NCBI GenBank assembly: GCA_963769025.1
Contig: CAVYKI010000012.1
Location: forward strand, 32,001 to 96,000
Source: an uncultured Verrucomicrobiae bacterium
GTDB taxonomy: Bacteria; Verrucomicrobiota; Verrucomicrobiia; Chthoniobacterales; Chthoniobacteraceae
Direction of reading: 5' to 3'
Length of the DNA: 64,000 bases
Made by a program: the position numbers and the translations under genes. Position 1 is the stretch's first letter. Each line of letters begins with the position of its first letter. The notes below the pieces were generated by a model. That model saw only the letters and a program-made list of their open reading frames with translations, made no database searches and was not told the DNA's origin. Below are positions 58,509-64,000 of this stretch, in pieces.

Positions 58509-60372
58509 AGTCAAAGCGCAAGAGCTGGTCCATTCCCTCGAGCACGGGCGCGGGCGCCGCTGGCTCGTGCTGCTGCTCATCATCGCGTTTGCGCTGTTCC
58601 AGGCCGTCGCGCACATCCTGATCAACCCGATGAACCGCGGCGGCGGGCAGGCGGCGATTTTTGTAGGCCTCACGCACCCGAAGGGCATGGAGCAGGCCGT
58701 CATTTCCCGTGAACTCGCGCGCGGCCACGGCTTTTCCACGAAGGTGATCAAACCGGCGGCCATCGCCCTCACGGAAAAAAACAAGGGGGCCGACGGCTTC
58801 TCGTCCCTCCTCGATCCGAACGGTCCGACCGGCGGCAACATCCCGGACATCTACCACGCGCCGCTGAATCCGTGGATCAACTCGTGCGCGCTCTTCACCG
58901 CCGCCCGGATCAGCGACGCACTCTCGCTGCGCGTGGATGAAAAGGGACGGAACGATTTCTGGACGCTGCAGAAAGGCGAATACATCCATCCCGCCGACCG
59001 CATCATCGCGGGGGTCAGCGTGCTGTTCTTCCTCGTGGCGGTGTGGGTGAGCTTCCTCACCGCACGGATGCTTTTCGATGAGCGCCTCGCGACGATCACG
59101 GCCGTGCTGATGCTCGTGTGCAATGAATTCTGGCGGTTCAGCTCATCCGGCCTGCCGCAGATGCTCATGCTGATGCTTTTTAGCGTCGCCATTTATTTAT
59201 CGGCCCGCGGCCTCGCGGCGCGGGAAATCGGCGACCGCACGTGGCCCTGGCACGCGGCTGCCGGGCTCGCCTTTGGCCTGCTCGCGCTCGCGCATCCGCT
59301 CACGGCTTTCATCTTCGTCGGCGCGCTCATTTACACCGCCGTCGCTTTTTCCCCGAGAGGCCGCGACGCCCTCGTGATGCTGCTCGTCTTTCTCACATGC
59401 CTGAGCCCCTGGCTCGTCCGCAACGCCCGCGTGTGCGGCTCCCCGTTTGGCATCGCGGGACAGACGCGCCTCGTCGGGCCCCGCGGCACCGAATCGCAAA
59501 TCATGCGGACCCTCGACAAACCGGACGACACGGTCCCGGCGTATTTTTTCCGCAGCAAGCTGCAATCCCAGTTGCTCGGCCAGATCGGATCCCTCGTCGG
59601 CCGGCTCGGCAAGGTCGTCGTGGCGCCCCTTTTCTTCCTCGCGCTCCTCCATGCGTTCCGGAAAACGGAGACCCGCAGCTTCCGGTGGGGCTTCCTGCTC
59701 ATGATCGGATCCGGCGCGATCGGAATGGCGTTCTTCGGTCTGGCGGATTCCTCGTTCCAGACCGACCTGGACTCGAACGATCTGTATCCCCTGTTCATCC
59801 CCCTCACCACGGCCTACGGCCTCGCGCTCCTGCTCATCATGTGGAGCCGCGTGCAGGTCGCGGGCCGCGATCTCGCGTCCATCCGCCAGATCAATGTCGC
59901 CTTTCACAGCCTCATCATCTTCGTCAGTTCCCTGTCGCTCGTTTACGTTTACACCGATCCGCCGAAGGTTCCCTTCGTCTGGCCCCCTTACTGCCCTCCC
60001 GCTCTCAGCGACCTCGACGACTGGTATTCCAAGGACGACATCATCTGCTCCGACATGCCGTGGGCCGTCGCCTGGTATTCGGACCGCAAAAGCCTCTGGC
60101 TCCCTCTGACCATCGCCGATTTCAACGACCTCAACGAATTCCGATTCGGCGGGAAAATCACCGGCCTCCTGGTCACCCCGATGACCGGATTCCGCGGTCT
60201 CCTCAATGACGTCGGCGTCGGCGAATTCCGCGACTGGCGCGCCTTCATCATGCGCGACCCGCGCGCCGCGACCAATTTCGCCCTCAAAGTTGCGCACCCG
60301 ATTTTCCTCATGGGTGCCTCGCACTACCTGCTCTTCGCCGACCGCGACCGCTGGACCGAGCGGAACAACTGA
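58498..60372 (+). CDS. GT-C fold (ArnT/PMT-like) polytopic membrane glycosyltransferase
   Basis: Many TM helices; DIYHAPLNPW, SPWLVRN..VCGSPFG, CSDMPWAVAWY. Confidence 0.7.
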   Translation: MASEVKAQELVHSLEHGRGRRWLVLLLIIAFALFQAVAHILINPMNRGGGQAAIFVGLTHPKGMEQAVISRELARGHGFSTKVIKPAAIALTEKNKGADGFSSLLDPNGPTGGNIPDIYHAPLNPWINSCALFTAARISDALSLRVDEKGRNDFWTLQKGEYIHPADRIIAGVSVLFFLVAVWVSFLTARMLFDERLATITAVLMLVCNEFWRFSSSGLPQMLMLMLFSVAIYLSARGLAAREIGDRTWPWHAAAGLAFGLLALAHPLTAFIFVGALIYTAVAFSPRGRDALVMLLVFLTCLSPWLVRNARVCGSPFGIAGQTRLVGPRGTESQIMRTLDKPDDTVPAYFFRSKLQSQLLGQIGSLVGRLGKVVVAPLFFLALLHAFRKTETRSFRWGFLLMIGSGAIGMAFFGLADSSFQTDLDSNDLYPLFIPLTTAYGLALLLIMWSRVQVAGRDLASIRQINVAFHSLIIFVSSLSLVYVYTDPPKVPFVWPPYCPPALSDLDDWYSKDDIICSDMPWAVAWYSDRKSLWLPLTIADFNDLNEFRFGGKITGLLVTPMTGFRGLLNDVGVGEFRDWRAFIMRDPRAATNFALKVAHPIFLMGASHYLLFADRDRWTERNN

Positions 60373-60429
60373 GCGGAACCCGTTCGGCTCCGCGAATCCA
60401 TCCCTCGAAAGTGCGCGGCAAGCGTGTTG

Positions 60430-61729
60430 CTACGCGATCAGTTCCTTGATCACACCCGAGCTGTCCCCGTGGCGTTCAGCCTCGACGCCGATGCCGCGGA
60501 GCAAGGTGAGCCAGGCGTTGCAAAGCGGGGTGTCTTTCGACGCCACGATATTTTGGCCGAGCTTGATGCCCGCGCCGCCGCCGGTGAGGAGCGTGGGGCA
60601 GTTGTCGAGATTGTGCTCCGTGCGGATGTTGCTGCCGTAGGCGAGCGCGGTGTGGTCGAACAAACGCGAGCCGTCGGCTTCCTTGGTGGCCTTGAGTTTG
60701 TCGATGAGACCGGCGAGGAGTTCGCTCTGGGCGAGGTCGCGGCGCTGCGAGGCATCCAGCTTTTCACCGAGGGTGGAGTGGTAGTGGCTCATGTCGTGCG
60801 GCGCGACTTTGATGCCCATGCTCGTGAGCAGCGTGCTCACGGGCTGGCGATAGGTGAGCACGCGCGTGCTGTCCGTCTGAATGGCCGCGAGGATGATGTC
60901 ATACATGAGCGCGATCTCCTCGCGTCCGGCGAGGCCGGGCTGCGGCTCGGGCAGCGGCGCCTTGGGCTGCGGCACGCCGATCCATTGCTCGTCCTTGCTC
61001 AGGCGCGTCTCGATGTCGCGGATGCCTTGGAAATATTCGTCGAGCTTGGCGCTGTCGTTTTTGCCGAGGCCGCGTTGCAGCGTCGCGCGCATTTTCCAGC
61101 ACGGTGTCGAGCACGCTGCGCTTCTGCGCGAGCATGGCCTTCTGCTGCTCGATGGGTGTGGTGTCCTTGGAAAAAAGCCGATGAAAGGCTTCCACGCGGA
61201 CCCTTGTGTCCGCCGACCGGTTTGCCGCTGATGTCCCATGCCATCGAGAGTCCGGGACCGTGCCCGGACGACTCCGCATTTTCGCCGCCATTGAGCTGCA
61301 TGGAGGCAAAGCGCGTGTTCAGGCCGAGCTTCGCAGCCGCCACCTGATCGGCGGAGATGCTGTTGTGAAAGGTCTGTCCCGGTTCCGCAAAACGGTTCGC
61401 GCCGGTGAGCCACATCGTGCTGCCCCAATGCCCCTCGTTGGAATATTTGTTGCAGAGTCCCTGCACGATCGTGAAGTCCTTCCTGTGAGCCGCGAGCGGT
61501 GCGAGGCCGTCCGGCAGGGTGTAGTCGGCGCCGGGTTGTTTGATGTCCGGATACCAGCTCTCGGTGCGTGATGCCCCAGCCGAAGCCGAGGAAGATCAGC
61601 CGCTTCGGCGGCGTGACCGGAGCCGCAGCGGAGGCAAAGCGGCGGAAGCCGAGCGAAGCGAGCGCCGGCAGCGCGATGAGCGCGGTGCTGGAGCGGAGGA
61701 AGTGGCGGCGCGGTGAGTGAGGTGTTCAT
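60430..61729 (-). CDS. DUF1552-family Tat-exported protein; several frameshifts
   Basis: Corrected N-terminus MNTSLTRRHFLRSS; LAPLAAHRKDFTIVQGL, SISADQVAA, KLDEYFQGIRDIETRL, TDSTRVLTY, TPLCNAWLTLL. Confidence 0.85.
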
Positions 61730-61744
61730 GGCTTGTCATGCGGA

Positions 61745-64000
61745 TTACTTCGTGTGAAACTCTTTGCTGGCAACCAGCGCGTGGATGAACTCGCGCATCG
61801 CGAGATCTTTCTTGCCGGCCTGGTGCAGCATGTCGGCGACGAGCGTTTCGTCGCGAAAGCCCAGCGGTCTCCCGAGCGCATATTCGATCAGCGCTTCGCT
61901 GAAGCCGCGGGCAAAGGCGTCGGACTTCGATGCGATGATGTCGCGCAGGCCGAAGTAATCTTTGAACGCGGGGCCTTTGTGCAACTGCGCGGCGGCCTCG
62001 ATGGTCCAGGTCTTCTTCGTCTTGGGATCAGGCTTGCCGCTGGCGTTGATGGCCTCGTAGCTGTCCTCGGTGCGCCATTGGCCCGCGGCGTCGAAATTCT
62101 CCAGGCCAAATCCGATGGGGTCGATCTTGCGATGGCAGCTCGCGCATTGCGGATCTTCCTGGTGCGCCAGCAAACGCTCGCGGGTGGTGAGCACCTTCCC
62201 CGCGAGCCGCGTGATCGCCGGGACATTCGCAGGCGCGGGCGGCGGCGGATCGTTGAGCAGCTTGCGCAGCACCCATGCACCGCGCTCGACGGGGCTGGTG
62301 CGTTCGCCATTGCCGCCCATGAAGTGAATCGCGGCCATCCCGAGCAATCCCCCGCGCGGCGAGCCTGCCGGCAGCGCCACCTTTTCGATACCCGTCGCCC
62401 TTCACACCCGGGAGGCCATAGTAATGCGCGAGCACGCGGTTAATGACCACGTAGTCCGACTTCAGCAGGTCGCGCAGGCTCGCGTTGTGCCGCAGCAGGA
62501 ATTCGACGGTCTCATACACCTCGTTCTTCGCTGCGACCTTCGTCCCGTCATCGAAACGCGGATACAGCGCACGATTGATCTCGAAAAAGTCGATCCGATC
62601 CAAGTCCGAGCCACTGGTGGACGAAGGCGCGGATGAATCCCTCCGAGCGCGGATCATCGAGCAGTCGTTCTGTCTGCGCAGCGAGCACTTCGGGCTTCGT
62701 CAAATCACCACGCTGCGCGAGATCGCGCAGCGCGGCATCCGGCGGTGCGGACCACAGGAAATACGAGAGCCGCGTGGCGAGTTCCGCGCCCGTGAGCGGC
62801 CTGCGTTTTTCATCCGCAGTCGGCTCGGCGAGGTAGAGGAACATCGGTGACGACAGCACGACCGACAGCGTCTCCTTCAGCGCCGCGCCCGGTTTGTCGC
62901 CCGCTTTCCGGCGAACGTCGTAAAGCGCGAGCAAGCGATCGATGTAGCTCGCGGGCGGCACATTTCCACGGAACGCCTCCTTGGCAAAACGCTCCAGCGC
63001 AGCCCGCAGTTCAGGCATCGTCGGCGCAGGCGATTTGTCATCGAGCGGAATGCCCAGCGCCGCGATGCCGGGCGGCTTGGGCTTGTCCGCATTCGGCACG
63101 CGCTCGATTTCCATCCAGTCGATCCACAGCGCCACCTCGGGCCCGATGCCGTTGCGCTTCACCGCTTCGCTGCGTTTGCGTCCGCCTTCCTCGTTGGTGT
63201 CCCAACTGCCCTTTTCACGGATGAACAGCGTGCGGTTTTCGCGGCTCGCGTTGCCGCGGGTCAGCGTCAGCGGAATCTCGATCACCTGCGGCGCGTCCAG
63301 CGTCCCGGTGATCTCGTGCGTGCTGCATGACCTTCCCCGTCCGCGCATGAATGCCGAAGTCGAGAAACCGCCGCTCCGGAGGCGCATCCTCGGCCGCCGC
63401 CGCACGGATGCGCACGATGTATTCACCCACCGGCCAGCCGAACGGCACGAGAAGCTCGATGTAGCCGACGTTCAGCTCGGCCGGATGCCGCGTCTGCGTG
63501 CCGAGGTAAGCCCCCCGATCCACTGCGGGCTGCCGGAGATAATACTGGTGATACGCCAGCCACCCCGCTCCCAACGAATCATTGGCCAGGTCAGCGTCAT
63601 TCTCCCCCTTCTTGTCGAATCCAAACGATCTCGGCGAAGGTGCTCCGGGGATCTTTTCCCACGAACGGCGAAAGATGGAATCGTTCTTCGATTCCTTCCG
63701 GATCTTGGCGACGATCTCCGAGTTTTCCGGCCGCGCCGCGGCCTCCTCCACGGCTTTCACCCAGCGCTGCGCCCGCTCCCTCGCGTCAATTTGGTGCGCC
63801 ACAAATTTGGTGACGATCGGTGTCGTGGTCTCCGCTTCGTAGCGCAGCTTCTTCTCCACACCCGCCGCCGCCTGCCAATCAAACGCCTCCTCCAGAGCCT
63901 CGCGTCCGAGCGCCTGATATTGCTCAAGCTGGTTGCCCGACATGAAAAGATTCGCCCCGATCGTGTCGAAGCCCCCCGAGCTGCTGTCCCCCGGCAACTC
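61745..64000 (-). CDS. DUF1587/1595/1592/1588/1585 planctomycete cytochrome-associated protein; 5' end outside the window; several frameshifts
   Basis: GGFDTIG, VLSSPMFLY, ELATRLSYFLWSAPPD, RGGLLG, TSPVERGAWV, CASCH..IDPIGFGLENFD, YALGR. Confidence 0.9.

Noticed and set aside
1..64000. tRNA, rRNA, CRISPR array, prophage, sigma-54 -24/-12 promoter
   Set aside because: No cloverleaf, rRNA-like stretch, repeat-spacer array, phage gene or TGGCAC-N5-TTGC match noticed by eye; tRNAscan-SE and cmscan would be needed to exclude them formally.

Overview
GC-rich bacterial chromosomal window. The gene content (DUF1552/DUF1592 pair, several PQQ-type beta-propellers, few obvious Shine-Dalgarno sites) suggests the PVC superphylum, most likely Verrucomicrobia; this is an inference. 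About 55 CDS are supportable. Housekeeping genes include nuoB, nuoC, infA, ppaC, aroF, accD, folC, holB and comF. There is an intact IS5-family element with 17-bp TIRs inserted into the aroF stop codon, an 8-kb two-component signalling cluster (XRE-REC fusion, a kinase with three 384-bp tandem PAS repeats), a RelE/ParE toxin-antitoxin pair plus a GIY-YIG gene, and three decayed relics (VapC/PIN, IS3-like integrase, HATPase tail). The best candidate for an undescribed system is an 11.3-kb translationally coupled operon (3229-14551, minus strand) of three giant collinear paralogues of about 1130, 1240 and 1400 aa. Each has a signal peptide, the same series of beta-rich modules and C-terminal membrane anchors, which suggests a heterotrimeric envelope complex. 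Many genes, including nuoB, carry frameshifts (mostly +1 base) that most likely reflect sequencing or assembly error. No rRNA, tRNA or CRISPR array was seen. All product calls come from motif recognition by eye, not from database searches.
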